From Nautiliaceae bacterium (GTDB lineage Bacteria; Campylobacterota; Campylobacteria; Campylobacterales; Nautiliaceae), in assembly GCA_039831155.1 (NCBI GenBank), contig JBDONT010000043.1:32001-96000 (forward strand): a DNA stretch of 64,000 nucleotides, in the 5' to 3' direction. The notes beneath the pieces are model-generated. The model did not search any database. It was not told the DNA's origin and worked only from the letters and a program-made list of their open reading frames with translations. Below are positions 12,286 to 23,603 of the stretch, one piece after another (position 1 is the first letter of the stretch; each line of letters starts with the position of its first letter). The position numbers and the translations under genes were made by a program.

Positions 12286-12804
12286 ATGTTTAGAAGAGAA
12301 CTTAAAAAATATGATTTAAGTGATGTTGAAAAATACCAATACGCAAGAATAGTTACAAACAAAGGCGATATATGGGTAAAACTTTTCTCAGAATCCACGC
12401 CTAATACGGTTGCAAACTTCGCACATCTTGCAAAAGAAGGGTTTTATGACGGGCTTAAATTTCATAGGGTAATTCCGGGATTTATGGCTCAGGGAGGATG
12501 TCCTAACTCAAGAGAAGGTGCTAAAGGAATGGTAGGTACCGGAGGTCCGGGATGGGCGATAGAGTGTGAAACGGATGCACCTAAACAAGTTCATAAAAGA
12601 GGAAGTCTCTCAATGGCACACGCCGGAAAAGATACGGGAGGCAGTCAGTTTTTTATCTGTTTTACAGACTGTCCTCATTTAGATGGTGTTCATACGGTAT
12701 TTGGTGGAATAGAAGAGGGGGATGAGGAGAGTTTTAAAGTGCTTGATTCGATTCAAAAAAATGATGAAATTAAAACTATAGAAATTTATGAAAAAAGGGA
12801 TTAG
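12286..12804 (+). CDS. Cyclophilin-type peptidyl-prolyl isomerase
   Basis: FYDGLKFHRVIPGFMAQGG, SMAHAGKDTGGSQFFI and HLDGVHTVFG. Confidence 0.95.
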   Translation: MFRRELKKYDLSDVEKYQYARIVTNKGDIWVKLFSESTPNTVANFAHLAKEGFYDGLKFHRVIPGFMAQGGCPNSREGAKGMVGTGGPGWAIECETDAPKQVHKRGSLSMAHAGKDTGGSQFFICFTDCPHLDGVHTVFGGIEEGDEESFKVLDSIQKNDEIKTIEIYEKRD

Positions 12805-14966
12805 AGTTTGACGATTTTAGCCCCGTATCCTCCCATATGGGGAGGTGCGTCACTGAATTCTTTTACAAGAGGATGATTTTTTAGTAAATCGGTAATTCCT
12901 TTTGCCAAAATTCCTTTACCCATTCCGTGATAAATCCAAACTTCTTCAAGCCCGGCAAGAGCGGCGTTGTTTAGATACTCTTCGGTTTTTTCAAGTGCTT
13001 CTTCTAATCTCATACCGTGTAAATCGAGTTTAATGTCTACTTTTTGAGGTTTTGGTTTTATAATTTGCGTTTTTGTTTTTTTAGGGAGTCTGTACGGCTC
13101 AAGTGAGTTTTTTGGAATCCAAAGTTTTTTACCGTCTATGTCTACAAGGGCGTTTTTGCCTTTTATATCGAGAATTTCTCCTATATTTGTAAAGTATTTT
13201 ACCGTATCTCCTACTTTAAATTCTTTATTTGTTTCACTTTTTTTGACTTTTATGTTTGAGCGAATTTTATTTGCCTCATTTAGTGCCCTGTGTGCGTCTT
13301 TTACGGATTTTGCTTTTATTGCTTCTTTTGCTTTTTTTATTGCTTCATTGTATTCTTTAAGAAGTCTATTTTTTTCTTTTTCGATTGTTTCGTTAAATTC
13401 CTCTTTTTGACGGATAAGAGATTCTTTTAAAAGTTTTATGTCTTCAAATTCGCTTTCAAGTTCTTTGATTTTTTGTTTTTGTTCAAATTCAAGTTGAGCC
13501 GATTTTTCTATAAGCACGTCAAGTTTTTCAAGGTCGTCGCTGTATTCTTTTTTGGCTTTTTCTATGATGTTAAACGGAATCCCGTATCTTTTTGCGGTTT
13601 CAAACGCATAGCTTTTTCCAATTGTTCCTTTTATGAATTCGTATGTAGGTTTTTGGTTTTTTTCATCGTAAATTGCGGCGAGAAGCTCCACTTCTTCGTT
13701 TTGAGCTAGCAGCGTCGCAAGGCGTTTGTGGTGGGTTGTGATTACTATTCGGTTTTTTTTCATAATCTCTTCAATGATGACTTTAAATAAACTTGCAGCT
13801 TCGTTTGCGTCGGTTCCTAGTTCAATTTCATCTACGCCTATTAGGTAATTTTCTTTGAAAAAGACTTCTTTAAACTCTTTAATTCTCCCCGCAAACGTTG
13901 AAATATCGTTTTTTACGTTTTGAGGGTCGTCGATTATCGGTTTTATTTCTTTAAACGAAGGAATTATAGAATTTTCCCTGATTTTCATAGGAAGCAGATG
14001 TTTTGCCATATAAGCACTGCTTAGGATTGATTTTAAAAGCATTGTTTTACCTCCGGCGTTTACACCGGTTATGATTAAGACCTGCTTGTCCCATTCAAGG
14101 TTTATCGGTTTACATTCTTTAAGGGCAGGGTGGCAGAAGTTTTTCAGCACCATTTTTTTAGTTTTGCTTGGCAATATAAATTCAAGATTTTCGTTTTTAG
14201 CCATAAAGATACGGGCTTGTATATGGTCGAATTTGTCAAATTCGCGGTTTATAAATTCCAAAAACTTAGTCCATTTTCTAAGGCGATTTGAAAACTCTTT
14301 TGCTATTTCATATAGTATTTCTTCTTTTTGGCTTTTAAGGTTGTCTTCCTTTTCCTTTAATTTTTCAATGGTCTTTGGGAAGATATAAAAAAATCCACTC
14401 TGGCTTCTTCCTAGAATTTCGGCGTTTATTACTTTATTGTATCCACCTCTTACAAGCAGCGTTTCTTCTCCACTTTGTACGTGGATTTGTTTGTCCACAA
14501 GGAAAGGTTCTAGTTTTTTTGAATTTATGTATTTGTATAACTGCTGGCGTATTTGGGATTTTAGCTCTTTTATGCGTTCGTTTATCATATTGAGCTCTTC
14601 AAATCCTATAACTTCACCTTTTTGGTTGTAGTGTTTGTCTATTTCCAAAATATCTTGAGGAATTTGAATTTTATCAAACCACTCACTTAAATCCTGCCAT
14701 TTTCTGCTTTTAAGATATAGAAAATAACGAATAATTTTTAAAAACTCAAAAATCTGGCCGTGTTTAAGAATTCCGAATTTTTTAAGATGTATTATTTCGG
14801 TATCTAGGTTTTTTACGTTTGGAGGAGGATTGAAGTCTTTGTTTTGAAGTTTTTGTAAATATTTATAAATAGACTCTATGCTTCCTTGAATTTTAAACTC
14901 TTTTTCCCTTGCAAAAAGAGATGTGAGTTTGTTTATGTAGTCTGTTAAGTCAAGTTTGTTAATCAT
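12801..14966 (-). CDS. mutS2: Endonuclease MutS2
   Basis: ITGVNAGGKT, STFAG, DEIELGTD, coiled coil and C-terminal Smr domain (LDLHG...HGMGKG). Confidence 0.95.
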   Translation of the reverse strand: MINKLDLTDYINKLTSLFAREKEFKIQGSIESIYKYLQKLQNKDFNPPPNVKNLDTEIIHLKKFGILKHGQIFEFLKIIRYFLYLKSRKWQDLSEWFDKIQIPQDILEIDKHYNQKGEVIGFEELNMINERIKELKSQIRQQLYKYINSKKLEPFLVDKQIHVQSGEETLLVRGGYNKVINAEILGRSQSGFFYIFPKTIEKLKEKEDNLKSQKEEILYEIAKEFSNRLRKWTKFLEFINREFDKFDHIQARIFMAKNENLEFILPSKTKKMVLKNFCHPALKECKPINLEWDKQVLIITGVNAGGKTMLLKSILSSAYMAKHLLPMKIRENSIIPSFKEIKPIIDDPQNVKNDISTFAGRIKEFKEVFFKENYLIGVDEIELGTDANEAASLFKVIIEEIMKKNRIVITTHHKRLATLLAQNEEVELLAAIYDEKNQKPTYEFIKGTIGKSYAFETAKRYGIPFNIIEKAKKEYSDDLEKLDVLIEKSAQLEFEQKQKIKELESEFEDIKLLKESLIRQKEEFNETIEKEKNRLLKEYNEAIKKAKEAIKAKSVKDAHRALNEANKIRSNIKVKKSETNKEFKVGDTVKYFTNIGEILDIKGKNALVDIDGKKLWIPKNSLEPYRLPKKTKTQIIKPKPQKVDIKLDLHGMRLEEALEKTEEYLNNAALAGLEEVWIYHGMGKGILAKGITDLLKNHPLVKEFSDAPPHMGGYGAKIVKL

Positions 14967-14969
14967 TCT

Positions 14970-15509
14970 CTACCTTATAAAATTGATATATTCGTTTTTG
15001 TATTTTACGTAATTTTCAGCATTTTTATAGATGTTTTCTATTTCTTTATCACTTAGAGTTCTTACAACTTTTGCCGGGCTTCCCAAAATCAGACTTCTTG
15101 GAGGAAATTTTTTACCACCCGTTACCAGTGCACCGGCTCCTACTATCGATTCGTCTCCGATTTCGGCTCCATCAAGGATTGTCGCACTCATACCTATAAG
15201 GCATGCGTTTCCTATCTTACAGCCGTGAAGCATTACGCGGTGGGCTATTGTTACGTCGTCACCTATAATAGTCGGAAAGCCGTCTCCTATTTTCTTTTCT
15301 TTTTTATAATGTGTTACGTGTATCATGCTCATATCCTGAATGGATGTGCGTTTTCCGATTTTAATATAATGCACGTCCCCTCTTATAACACATCCAAACC
15401 AAACGCTACTATCTTCTCCAATTTCAACATCTCCGATAATATCGGCACTTGGTGCAATCCACGCAGATTTTGCTATTTTTGGAAAGTCGTCTTTATAGCG
15501 TAAAATCAT
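14970..15509 (-). CDS. Gamma carbonic anhydrase / hexapeptide-repeat protein
   Basis: IIGDVEIG, VWFGCVIRGD, His ligands in IHVTH...AH..LHGC. Confidence 0.92.
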   Translation of the reverse strand: MILRYKDDFPKIAKSAWIAPSADIIGDVEIGEDSSVWFGCVIRGDVHYIKIGKRTSIQDMSMIHVTHYKKEKKIGDGFPTIIGDDVTIAHRVMLHGCKIGNACLIGMSATILDGAEIGDESIVGAGALVTGGKKFPPRSLILGSPAKVVRTLSDKEIENIYKNAENYVKYKNEYINFIR

Positions 15510-15787
15510 AGTTTAACTCCTTTTAATGCTTCTTTTTCAATAGCTCTATTTTTATTTTTTGCAATTACTATATCAACTTTTAACATTAGTTTTTCTTCCA
15601 AAATTATCCTAATAAATCCTATTTTTTCATCTATATTTTTGGGATATTCTTTAGGAATTAAAAACAAATCCAAATCTCCCCCTTTTTTATTATCTTCAAG
15701 TCTGCTTCCAAAAACATAAATGATTGATGGAAGATATGAATTTACTATGTTTTTAATTGTTTCAATCTCTTTACTTGAGAGCCTCAT
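15506..15787 (-). CDS. Minimal nucleotidyltransferase (MNT/MntA-type antitoxin)
   Basis: YVFGSR..(KGG)DLDL and KVDIV motifs; 93 aa from ATG 15787; overlaps the HEPN gene. Confidence 0.88.
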   Translation of the reverse strand: MRLSSKEIETIKNIVNSYLPSIIYVFGSRLEDNKKGGDLDLFLIPKEYPKNIDEKIGFIRIILEEKLMLKVDIVIAKNKNRAIEKEALKGVKL

Positions 15788-16223
15788 ATTTTTCCTTGAT
15801 TTTTTTGTAAATTTTCTCAAAAGTTTTGATACTTTCTATTATTTTGTTTAAATTATCGATAATTTCGTCAATTTCATCAGGGTACTCGTGAGAGATTTTA
15901 TTTCTGATTTCTCTTAATCTTATCCATTCATCTCTTTTTACAATATTTAGTCTCTCAAGCTCGCTTAATATTTCTAAAAAACTTTTTTCATTTGTATCAA
16001 ATCCCGTTTTTTCAATAAAAAGTTTAAAAACTTTTTCACCAAGTAAGCTTTGTAATTTTGTAAACCTAAAAGCAATTGCGTCAAGCGTGTCTTTTGAGTG
16101 AAACTGTAATTCTTCATAATTTTTATAATTAATTGGTAGAAAGGTTGAAATTTTATTTTTGTATCTTTTTATGTCTTCTAAATTGTTTTTTATTATATCA
16201 AGATAAAACTCCAGCCTATCCAC
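15771..16223 (-). CDS. HEPN-domain protein (HepT-like RNase toxin / nucleotidyltransferase substrate-binding family)
   Basis: [12 protein letters not shown] and [13 protein letters not shown] (Rx4HxY motif); GTG start overlapping the uvrB stop. Confidence 0.85.
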   Translation of the reverse strand: MDRLEFYLDIIKNNLEDIKRYKNKISTFLPINYKNYEELQFHSKDTLDAIAFRFTKLQSLLGEKVFKLFIEKTGFDTNEKSFLEILSELERLNIVKRDEWIRLREIRNKISHEYPDEIDEIIDNLNKIIESIKTFEKIYKKIKEKYEALK

Positions 16224-18243
16224 GTTTTAGCTCCTCTATTTTATCCCTAAGCATAGCCGCTTTTTCAAATTCTAAATTTTTTGCGGCTTCTTGCATCTCT
16301 TTTCGCAGTTTTGCGATTATTGCTTTTTTTTCGCGTGGTGGAATTTTATTTTTGTTTTTAAGTTCTTTTGCTATTGTTTCATATCCTTCTTCTTTTAAGG
16401 ATTTATCAAGTTTTCTAACCGTACTTTTTGGCGTAATGCCGTGAAGTTTGTTATATTCTTTTTGTTTTATTCTTCTTTTTATAGTCGTTTTTATTGCGTT
16501 ATACATCGATTTTGTTATTTTATCTTTTATTTTTTCCAAAACCTCCAAATCATCGTCAATTACTATAGGTTCTTCAATTTTACTCGCAAACATTAAAACT
16601 TTTCCGTTTACGTTTCTTGCAGCCCTTCCCATTGTTTGAATTAGGCTTGTTTCACTTCTTAGAAATCCTTCTTTATCTGCATCAAGAATTGCAACCATAC
16701 TAACTTCCGGTAAATCAAGTCCCTCTCTTAAGAGGTTTATTCCAATTAGCATATCAAATTCATTGCTTCTAAGACCTCTTATTATCTCGTTTCTCTCAAC
16801 TACGTCGATATCACTATGCATATATTTTACTTTAAGTCCCATTTCAAGGTAATATTTTTGCAACTCTTCTGCCATTTTTTTTGTAAGAGTTGTTACAAGT
16901 ACCTTTTCTCTTCTTGCGATTACCTCTTTTGCCCTGTCATATAGTGTTGCTACTTGGTCTTTGCTTGGAAGTATTTCTACAACCGGGTCAAGAAGACCAG
17001 TTGGACGGATAATTTGTTCGGCAACGCAAGTCGAAATACTAAGCTCATATTCTCCGGGAGTTGCCGAAACAAAAAGATAGTGAGGGGCTTTATTTATAAA
17101 CTCTTCAAACTTATATGGCCTATTATCAAGTGCACTCGGAAGCCTAAAGCCGTGCTCAACTAATACCTCTTTTCTGGCTCTATCTCCGTTATACATTCCA
17201 CGAAATTGAGGAAGGCTAACGTGGCTTTCATCCACTATTACAAGATAAGGTTTTCCTTTTATCTCAAAATAATCCATTAGTGAATAAGGAGTTTCTCCCG
17301 GTTTTTTGCCTGTTAGGTGTCTTGCGTAGTTTTCTATTCCTTTGCAAGTACCTGTGGTTTCAAGCATTTCCAAATCAAATTCCGTTCTTTGTTTTAAGCG
17401 TTGGTATTCGATTGTTTTTCCTTCTTTTTCAAACTCTTTAAGCCTTTCTCCAAGTTCTTTTTCAATGCTTTGAATTGCTTCAGCCAAGCGATTTTGTCCT
17501 ACAATAAATTGATTTGCAGCATAAATTGTTATCTCTTTAAGCTCTTGTAGTTTTTCGTTTGTTATATAATCAATCGTATAAATTCTATCAATCTCATCTC
17601 CGAAAAACTCCACTCTTATTACATCATCTTCAAAATATGTAGGAAAAATATCAATAACTTCTCCATTAACTCTAAAGTTTCCTCTTTCAAAGTATTTATC
17701 GTTTCTTGTATATCCCATTGATAAAAGCCTCATCATAAACTGACGTTGTGATAATTCATCCCCAACGGCAATTTTTGCTACCATTTTTTTGTATTCAAGG
17801 GGGTTTCCAAGCCCATAAAGTGCAGAAACCGAAGCTACTACGATTACGTCGTCATATTCAAGCAAACTGGCAGTTGCACTTACTCTTAGTCTTTCAAGTT
17901 CTGCATTAATTGATGCGTCTTTTTCTATAAACAAATCTTGTCTTGGAAGATAAGCTTCTGGTTGATAATAATCGTAATAACTTATAAAATATTCGACGTG
18001 ATTATTTGGAAAAAATTCTTTAAATTCGCTGTATAACTGGGCTGCTAAGGTTTTATTATGAGTTAGAATAAGGGTTGGAGTTTGAAGTTTTTCAATAATA
18101 TTTGCCATAGTAAAGGTTTTACCACTTCCTGTAACTCCAATTAACGTATTATAACGGCTCCCTTTTTTTATGCAATTTGTTAGTTTTTTTATAGCTTGAG
18201 GCTGGTCGCCTGTTGGTTTGAAGTTTGAATTTAATTTGAACAA
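16216..18243 (-). CDS. uvrB: Excinuclease ABC subunit B
   Basis: [43 protein letters not shown] and C-terminal UVR domain. Start reassigned to TTG 18243 (RBS AAGGAG). Confidence 0.97.
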   Translation of the reverse strand: MFKLNSNFKPTGDQPQAIKKLTNCIKKGSRYNTLIGVTGSGKTFTMANIIEKLQTPTLILTHNKTLAAQLYSEFKEFFPNNHVEYFISYYDYYQPEAYLPRQDLFIEKDASINAELERLRVSATASLLEYDDVIVVASVSALYGLGNPLEYKKMVAKIAVGDELSQRQFMMRLLSMGYTRNDKYFERGNFRVNGEVIDIFPTYFEDDVIRVEFFGDEIDRIYTIDYITNEKLQELKEITIYAANQFIVGQNRLAEAIQSIEKELGERLKEFEKEGKTIEYQRLKQRTEFDLEMLETTGTCKGIENYARHLTGKKPGETPYSLMDYFEIKGKPYLVIVDESHVSLPQFRGMYNGDRARKEVLVEHGFRLPSALDNRPYKFEEFINKAPHYLFVSATPGEYELSISTCVAEQIIRPTGLLDPVVEILPSKDQVATLYDRAKEVIARREKVLVTTLTKKMAEELQKYYLEMGLKVKYMHSDIDVVERNEIIRGLRSNEFDMLIGINLLREGLDLPEVSMVAILDADKEGFLRSETSLIQTMGRAARNVNGKVLMFASKIEEPIVIDDDLEVLEKIKDKITKSMYNAIKTTIKRRIKQKEYNKLHGITPKSTVRKLDKSLKEEGYETIAKELKNKNKIPPREKKAIIAKLRKEMQEAAKNLEFEKAAMLRDKIEELKRG

Positions 18244-18292
18244 AACTCTCCTTTTTATTATAATTATACCAAATCTTTTAGAAAGGAAAAAA

Positions 18293-18514
18293 ATGGATTT
18301 ATTAACAAAATTAAATGAAAAAATAGACACTCTTTTAACAAAATACGCAGAGCTTGAAAAAGAGAATGAAAATTTAAAAATTGAACTTAAAAACACTCAA
18401 GAACTTTTGGCTCAAAAAGAGAGTGAATTATTGGAATGTCAAGAAAATATGGCTTTAAAAGAGCTTGAGCTTGAAGAAGTTGTAGCGAAAATAGAAACAA
18501 TTATCGGAAAATGA
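18293..18514 (+). CDS. Small coiled-coil protein, ZapB-like
   Basis: [22 protein letters not shown] heptad pattern; paired with the next gene. Confidence 0.5.
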   Translation: MDLLTKLNEKIDTLLTKYAELEKENENLKIELKNTQELLAQKESELLECQENMALKELELEEVVAKIETIIGK

Positions 18515-18720
18515 AAAAAATCTCTTTATCCGTACTTGGGGAAAAGTTTGAAATAGAACTTGAAGATGAGTTTTTTGAATTTGTAAAAGAAGATTTATTA
18601 AAACTCAAATCCCCAACTCCTAAGGAGATTCTTTTTTTACTGCTGGAGAATAAAAAAAAGCAGTTTGAAATTAATAAAAAAGCTGAAGAAATTATTTCTA
18701 AACTGGATTTTTTTATTTAA
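18511..18720 (+). CDS. Small protein, possibly ZapA-like
   Basis: KISLSVLGEKFEI beta motif followed by helices; overlaps the ZapB-like gene. Confidence 0.4.
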   Translation: MKKISLSVLGEKFEIELEDEFFEFVKEDLLKLKSPTPKEILFLLLENKKKQFEINKKAEEIISKLDFFI

Positions 18721-18788
18721 TATATGATACGAAACTGATAATAAAATGATATTAAACTTATTTTATTTAAAAGATAATTAATTCGGGC

Positions 18789-18819
18789 TTGACATTTAAA
18801 TAAAAATTTATGATATAAT
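18789..18819 (+). promoter_or_regulatory. Sigma-70 promoter of the pilin cluster
   Basis: TTGACA at 18789 and extended -10 TGaTATAAT at 18811-18819 (19-nt spacer). Confidence 0.6.
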
Positions 18820-18848
18820 TCTTACTAAAGAAAAAGAAAGGAGTGCTT

Positions 18849-19346
18849 ATGAAAAAAGCGTTTACAATGATTGAATTGATTTTCGTTATCGTTATTTTAG
18901 GTATCTTAGCTGCAGTTGCAATTCCAAAGCTTATGGCTACAAGAACGGATGCTAAAGTATCTGCAATTTCTCAAGAAGTGTCAAATGCTGTAAGTGAAAT
19001 TCCGGCATACGTAACTTCTCAAGGAAAAGTAGGAACTATTTACGATATGTCTCAAGTAGCTAAAACATTAGTAGACCAAAATAAAGCGTGGGATGATAAC
19101 CTTTCAAAAGGTAACTCTGCCGCTAAAGATACTACTTATAGTAAAATACCTCATTCTATCGATACTCTTTATGTCGGTGCACAAGATGACAACGGAGATA
19201 TCGAACCTTGTATGATTTTAGACGTAAACTCAACTACTTTAGTAGTTACTGATTCAAGTGCAGGAACTGGAGCTATTTGTAAAGGGGTTCAAGCAAGAAT
19301 TAAAGAAGGTAACTATACAATCGCAGGAAGCAGCGTAAAATTCTAA
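18849..19346 (+). CDS. Type IV pilin-like protein (candidate major pilin)
   Basis: [27 protein letters not shown] class III signal with E5; C-terminal Cys pair; own promoter and terminator. Confidence 0.9.
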   Translation: MKKAFTMIELIFVIVILGILAAVAIPKLMATRTDAKVSAISQEVSNAVSEIPAYVTSQGKVGTIYDMSQVAKTLVDQNKAWDDNLSKGNSAAKDTTYSKIPHSIDTLYVGAQDDNGDIEPCMILDVNSTTLVVTDSSAGTGAICKGVQARIKEGNYTIAGSSVKF

Positions 19347-19370
19347 GAGATTCCTCTCTTAGTTTTTTTT
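19343..19370 (+). terminator. Intrinsic terminator after the first pilin
   Basis: ctaagaga-ttcc-tctcttag followed by T8. Confidence 0.8.
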
Positions 19371-19396
19371 GAAAGAGGGGAAGTAAAAGAGGGGAA

Positions 19397-19843
19397 ATGA
19401 AAAATGCATTTACAATGATAGAACTTATTTTCGTTATCGTTATTTTAGGAATATTGGCGTCCGTTGCTATTCCTAAACTAATGTCTACAAGAGATGACGC
19501 TCAAACTGCAACTCTTACGACTCAACTTCAAACAGCTAATAGAGAAATTATCAGTTATTATACTTCACAGGGTGGTGAGATTAATTTTTCTGAAATAAAT
19601 AATTCTTCGCAAGTAGTTTTAAATGAGCTTATTCATTATGGGTGGATTGAAGTAAAAGACGATAATCATTCTGTGTTTTATTCTGATAGGGATAATAAAA
19701 TAGTTTGTATAAATTATTATACCGATGGCGGTAGAATAGAAGTGGAGCAAAATAATTCGAATAATTCTCCTTTGTGTAACGATATAAAAAGAATAGTAAA
19801 AGATGCAAATTATTCCGTTTTAAACGAAACGGTTAAATTTTAA
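19397..19843 (+). CDS. Type IV pilin-like protein
   Basis: MKNA|FTMIELIFVIVILGILASVAIPK; C-terminal Cys pair. Confidence 0.9.
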   Translation: MKNAFTMIELIFVIVILGILASVAIPKLMSTRDDAQTATLTTQLQTANREIISYYTSQGGEINFSEINNSSQVVLNELIHYGWIEVKDDNHSVFYSDRDNKIVCINYYTDGGRIEVEQNNSNNSPLCNDIKRIVKDANYSVLNETVKF

Positions 19844-19852
19844 AGGGAAAAA

Positions 19853-20269
19853 GTGAAAAAAGCATTTAGTATGTTGGAACTTGTCTTTGTGATTGTAATA
19901 ATCGGTATTTTAGCAGCAGTTGCTATTCCTAAACTTTGGGTAACAAGAGATGATGCTATAGTCGCAAAAATCAGAAGTGACGTTTCAAATATCCGATCGG
20001 CTATTTCTTCTAAATACGGTAAGTATGTTTTAGAAGGAAACGATAGCTGTCCATCGTTAGAAGGGGCTGATGATAACAGACTTTTTGAGGGTGTAATGGC
20101 TTATCCTATCAAAAAAAATAGTGGTTCTATTAAATGGGACGGAAACGGGACGGATTATAATATTACTTGGAATGATAAAGTTTTAAAGTTTCACTATTAT
20201 AATAATCCGGCTGATAATTGTAAATTCGAATGCAATAATACCGATGCTTGTGATGTTATGGGCGAATGA
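19853..20269 (+). CDS. Type IV pilin/pseudopilin-like protein
   Basis: [27 protein letters not shown]; overlaps the priA start. Confidence 0.88.
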   Translation: MKKAFSMLELVFVIVIIGILAAVAIPKLWVTRDDAIVAKIRSDVSNIRSAISSKYGKYVLEGNDSCPSLEGADDNRLFEGVMAYPIKKNSGSIKWDGNGTDYNITWNDKVLKFHYYNNPADNCKFECNNTDACDVMGE

Positions 20270-22062
20270 GATATTATGATGTAGCTATTATCAATACTCC
20301 TAAAGTCTTTACATATGAGAGTGAAGATGAGTTGAAAGAGGGGGATGTAGTTGAAGTTGAAGTTAAAAGTCGTATAGTTTCAGGATATGTAATAAAAGAA
20401 GTTGAAAAACCGGATTTTAAATGTAAGCCGGTTATAAAAAAGCTTTTTTCTTTTTCTCCCAATAAACAAAAAATTATAAATTTTATCTCTTCTTATTATG
20501 TAGCTCCCATAGGTGAGGTTGTTTCTCTTTTTTTCAAAGGAGAGTCTTTTATATCTCCTAAAGATATTAATACAAATATTAATTTAACTCCCAAACAACA
20601 GGAAGCTTTTTCGTTTTTAAATAAAAATAATGTTTCTATTCTTTTTGGGGATACCGGAAGCGGAAAAACAGAAATTTATATAAAACTTATCGAAAAGACC
20701 TTAAAGAAGGGAAAAGAAGCTCTTTTTTTACTTCCCGAAATTGCAATTACTTCTCAAATGGAAAAAAGGTTAAAAGTTCATTTTAAAGATACTTTGGCTA
20801 TTTGGCATAGTAAAGTTACAAAAAAGACAAAAGAAAAGATTTTAAACGGTATAGCAAAAGGGGAGATAAAAGTAGTGGCCGGGGCTAGGAGTGCACTTTT
20901 TTTACCTTTTGAGAATTTGGGGTTAGTTATTGTGGATGAAGAACACGACGATAGTTATAAAAGCGAATCGATACCTAAATACAACGCAAAAGATTTGGCT
21001 ATTTATTTCGGTAAAGTATATGGGGCGAAAGTTGTTTTAGGGAGTGCTACGCCTCTTGTTAGCGATTTGTATAAGTTTCCTTATTTTAGACTTAAAGGGA
21101 CTTTTTTTAACACCACAAAAAAAAGATATTTTAGGGAAAGTTTTGACGAGTTTATTATTGATAAAATATCCGAAACTCTTAAAAATAAAAAACAGATAAT
21201 AATATTTTTACCTACAAGGGCGAATTTTAAATATATGATTTGTGCTAATTGTGCAAAAGCGGTAAAATGTAAATATTGCGATGTTGCTATGAGTGTGCAT
21301 AAAAATAAAAGGGCACTTGTTTGTCATTATTGTAATTACACTTCCCAAATTCCTAATAGATGTGAATTTTGTGGGGGAGAAGAGTTTATAAACGAAAGAA
21401 TAGGGACTAGTGAATTAAAAGAGAAGCTTGAGGAGTTGTTTTCAAATGCCGTAATTGAAAAATTTGATAGAGATATAGTGACTTCCAAAACAAGAATTGA
21501 GAAAATTTTAAAAAGATTTGCAAATAAAGAGATTGATATTTTAGTAGGTACTCAAATGCTTGCAAAAGGGCACGATTATCCGGATGTTGCTTTGAGTGTG
21601 GTTTTGGATATAGATTTTGTTTTAAATAGTGCAGATTTTAGGGCAAGTGAGAGGGCTTTTGCTTTGGCTAAGCAGGTTGAGGGGAGGGCTGGTAGAAGAA
21701 GTGATGGAGAAGTTATTATTCAAACATTAAACAGAGAATTTTTTGATAGGAGTTATGAAGAGTTTTATGAAGAAGAGATTGAATTTAGAAAAGATTTAGG
21801 CTATCCTCCTTTTAACAGGCTAATTAGAATTGAGTTTCAAAGTAAAAAGAAAGAAGAGGCGTTTTTAAATATGCAGAAGTTTTTAAAGTGTTTGGGAGAT
21901 AAAGAGGAGATTGTGGGAAGTGGAGAGGCTCCTATTTTTAAGATCAATAATATTTATAGATATCAAGTTTTATTAAAAGGCAAAAATCTTCATAAACTTA
22001 TTGCTCCTTGTGTGGATTTGAGTAAAATGAAAGTAGATGTAGACCCGGTTAGTTTTGTTTGA
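20266..22062 (+). CDS. priA: Primosomal protein N'
   Basis: [23 protein letters not shown], four CxxC pairs, [12 protein letters not shown] and GRAGR. Confidence 0.96.
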   Translation: MRYYDVAIINTPKVFTYESEDELKEGDVVEVEVKSRIVSGYVIKEVEKPDFKCKPVIKKLFSFSPNKQKIINFISSYYVAPIGEVVSLFFKGESFISPKDINTNINLTPKQQEAFSFLNKNNVSILFGDTGSGKTEIYIKLIEKTLKKGKEALFLLPEIAITSQMEKRLKVHFKDTLAIWHSKVTKKTKEKILNGIAKGEIKVVAGARSALFLPFENLGLVIVDEEHDDSYKSESIPKYNAKDLAIYFGKVYGAKVVLGSATPLVSDLYKFPYFRLKGTFFNTTKKRYFRESFDEFIIDKISETLKNKKQIIIFLPTRANFKYMICANCAKAVKCKYCDVAMSVHKNKRALVCHYCNYTSQIPNRCEFCGGEEFINERIGTSELKEKLEELFSNAVIEKFDRDIVTSKTRIEKILKRFANKEIDILVGTQMLAKGHDYPDVALSVVLDIDFVLNSADFRASERAFALAKQVEGRAGRRSDGEVIIQTLNREFFDRSYEEFYEEEIEFRKDLGYPPFNRLIRIEFQSKKKEEAFLNMQKFLKCLGDKEEIVGSGEAPIFKINNIYRYQVLLKGKNLHKLIAPCVDLSKMKVDVDPVSFV

Positions 22063-23548
22063 GTTTTTCCGGGTCTATTGCTACTTTATAATCCGGGTCA
22101 TCTTCTTCATAAGTGCAATAAGGTCCGGCAACTTCAAGAAGTTTTTTACACTCATTACTTAGGTGTCTAATTGTTAGTTTTTTGCCTGCTTGAATATACT
22201 TTTTTGTGATTTTATCAATTGCCTCAACTCCGCTGCTGTCCATAACGCGAACGTTTTTAAAATCCATTACCACTTCATTGGGGTCGTTTTTTACATCAAA
22301 ACTCTCAATAAAACTTCTGCTGCTTCCAAAAAAGAGAGGTCCTTCAAATTCATATATCTTTTTATTGCCTTCTTGATAAGTTTTATAATAAACTTTTGCG
22401 TGTTTCCAAGCAAATACGAGGGTTGATATTATAACCCCGCTTATTACTGCAATTGCAAGGTCTGTAAAGATTGTAATTAGGGTAGTTACTATTAAAATAA
22501 ACGCATCTTCTTTTGGAATTCTTTTTAGTTTATCAATACTTGCCCATTCAAATGTTGCGATACTTACCATAAACATAATTCCAATTAATACTGCAAGTGG
22601 AATTTTTTCAATCCAGTTTGATAAAAAGACTACAAATAAAATTATTAAAATTGCAGCACTAATCCCACTAAGTCTCCCGCGTCCTCCTGATGTGTGGTTA
22701 ATAATAGTCTGACCTATCATCGCACATCCAGCCATTCCTCCAAACATTCCACTAACTGCATTCCCAGCCCCAAGTGCTTTTGCTTCTTTGTTACCGTTTC
22801 CTCTCTCACCACTTAACTCTTCTAAAACTTCAAGAGTAAGAAGTGATTCAATAAGCCCAACTAACGCCATAATTATCGCATAAGGCAAAACGATTTTTAA
22901 AGTTTCAAGGTTTAGAGGAACATCTGGGAAATGAAAGCTTGGGAATTCTCCTTTTATATGTGCTAAATCACCAATTGTTTTTGTATCTATATGAAAGCCC
23001 CAAACAATTGTCGTAATTATAAGAATTGCTCCAAGTCCGGCAGGGATTGCTTTTGTAAATTTAGGAAGAAAGTACATTATTGCCATAGTAAGTGCCACTA
23101 AAATATAAATCCAAAAACTCTCTCCTTTGAAAAATTGAAATTGAGAATAAGCAATTACAATAGCAAGCCCGTTTACAAATCCATAGACTACCGGCATTGG
23201 TACAAGACGGATAAATTTAGCAAATCCAAATAACCCTACCAAAATTTGAATAATCCCGGCAAGTATAGCCGCAAGATAGAGGTATTCTATGCCGTATTTT
23301 TGCACAAGAGATACCACAACCACTGCAACACTCCCGGCCGCCCCGCTTATAAGCCCGGGTTTCCCTCCAAAAGCCGCTGCAATAAGCCCTAAAATAAAAG
23401 CTGTATAAAGCCCAACAACCGGAGATACTCCGGCAACAAACGAAAATGCAATTACTTCCGGAATCAAAGCAACCGATACGACAATTCCTGCTAAAATATC
23501 ATTTTTTGTGTTTTTTGCGTTATAATTTTGCAAAATTTTAGAAAACAA
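22049..23548 (-). CDS. SulP/SLC26 anion permease with STAS domain
   Basis: [38 protein letters not shown] and DSSGVEAI; start reassigned to TTG 23548. Confidence 0.93.
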   Translation of the reverse strand: MFSKILQNYNAKNTKNDILAGIVVSVALIPEVIAFSFVAGVSPVVGLYTAFILGLIAAAFGGKPGLISGAAGSVAVVVVSLVQKYGIEYLYLAAILAGIIQILVGLFGFAKFIRLVPMPVVYGFVNGLAIVIAYSQFQFFKGESFWIYILVALTMAIMYFLPKFTKAIPAGLGAILIITTIVWGFHIDTKTIGDLAHIKGEFPSFHFPDVPLNLETLKIVLPYAIIMALVGLIESLLTLEVLEELSGERGNGNKEAKALGAGNAVSGMFGGMAGCAMIGQTIINHTSGGRGRLSGISAAILIILFVVFLSNWIEKIPLAVLIGIMFMVSIATFEWASIDKLKRIPKEDAFILIVTTLITIFTDLAIAVISGVIISTLVFAWKHAKVYYKTYQEGNKKIYEFEGPLFFGSSRSFIESFDVKNDPNEVVMDFKNVRVMDSSGVEAIDKITKKYIQAGKKLTIRHLSNECKKLLEVAGPYCTYEEDDPDYKVAIDPEKLKQN

Positions 23549-23603
23549 GTATAATCCTTTAGATGATTTTGGGGCGTGATTATACCATAATAAAGGATAA
23601 ATT

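Noticed and set aside
16216..18396. Long N-terminal extensions on uvrB, SulP, gatC, trxC, tatA and the glycosylase in the ORF track
   Set aside because: They overlap divergent genes; better starts with SD sequences lie downstream
19397..20269. Pilins 2 and 3 as silent pilS-like cassettes
   Set aside because: Both are full length with start codons and purine-rich RBS; they are not 5'-truncated
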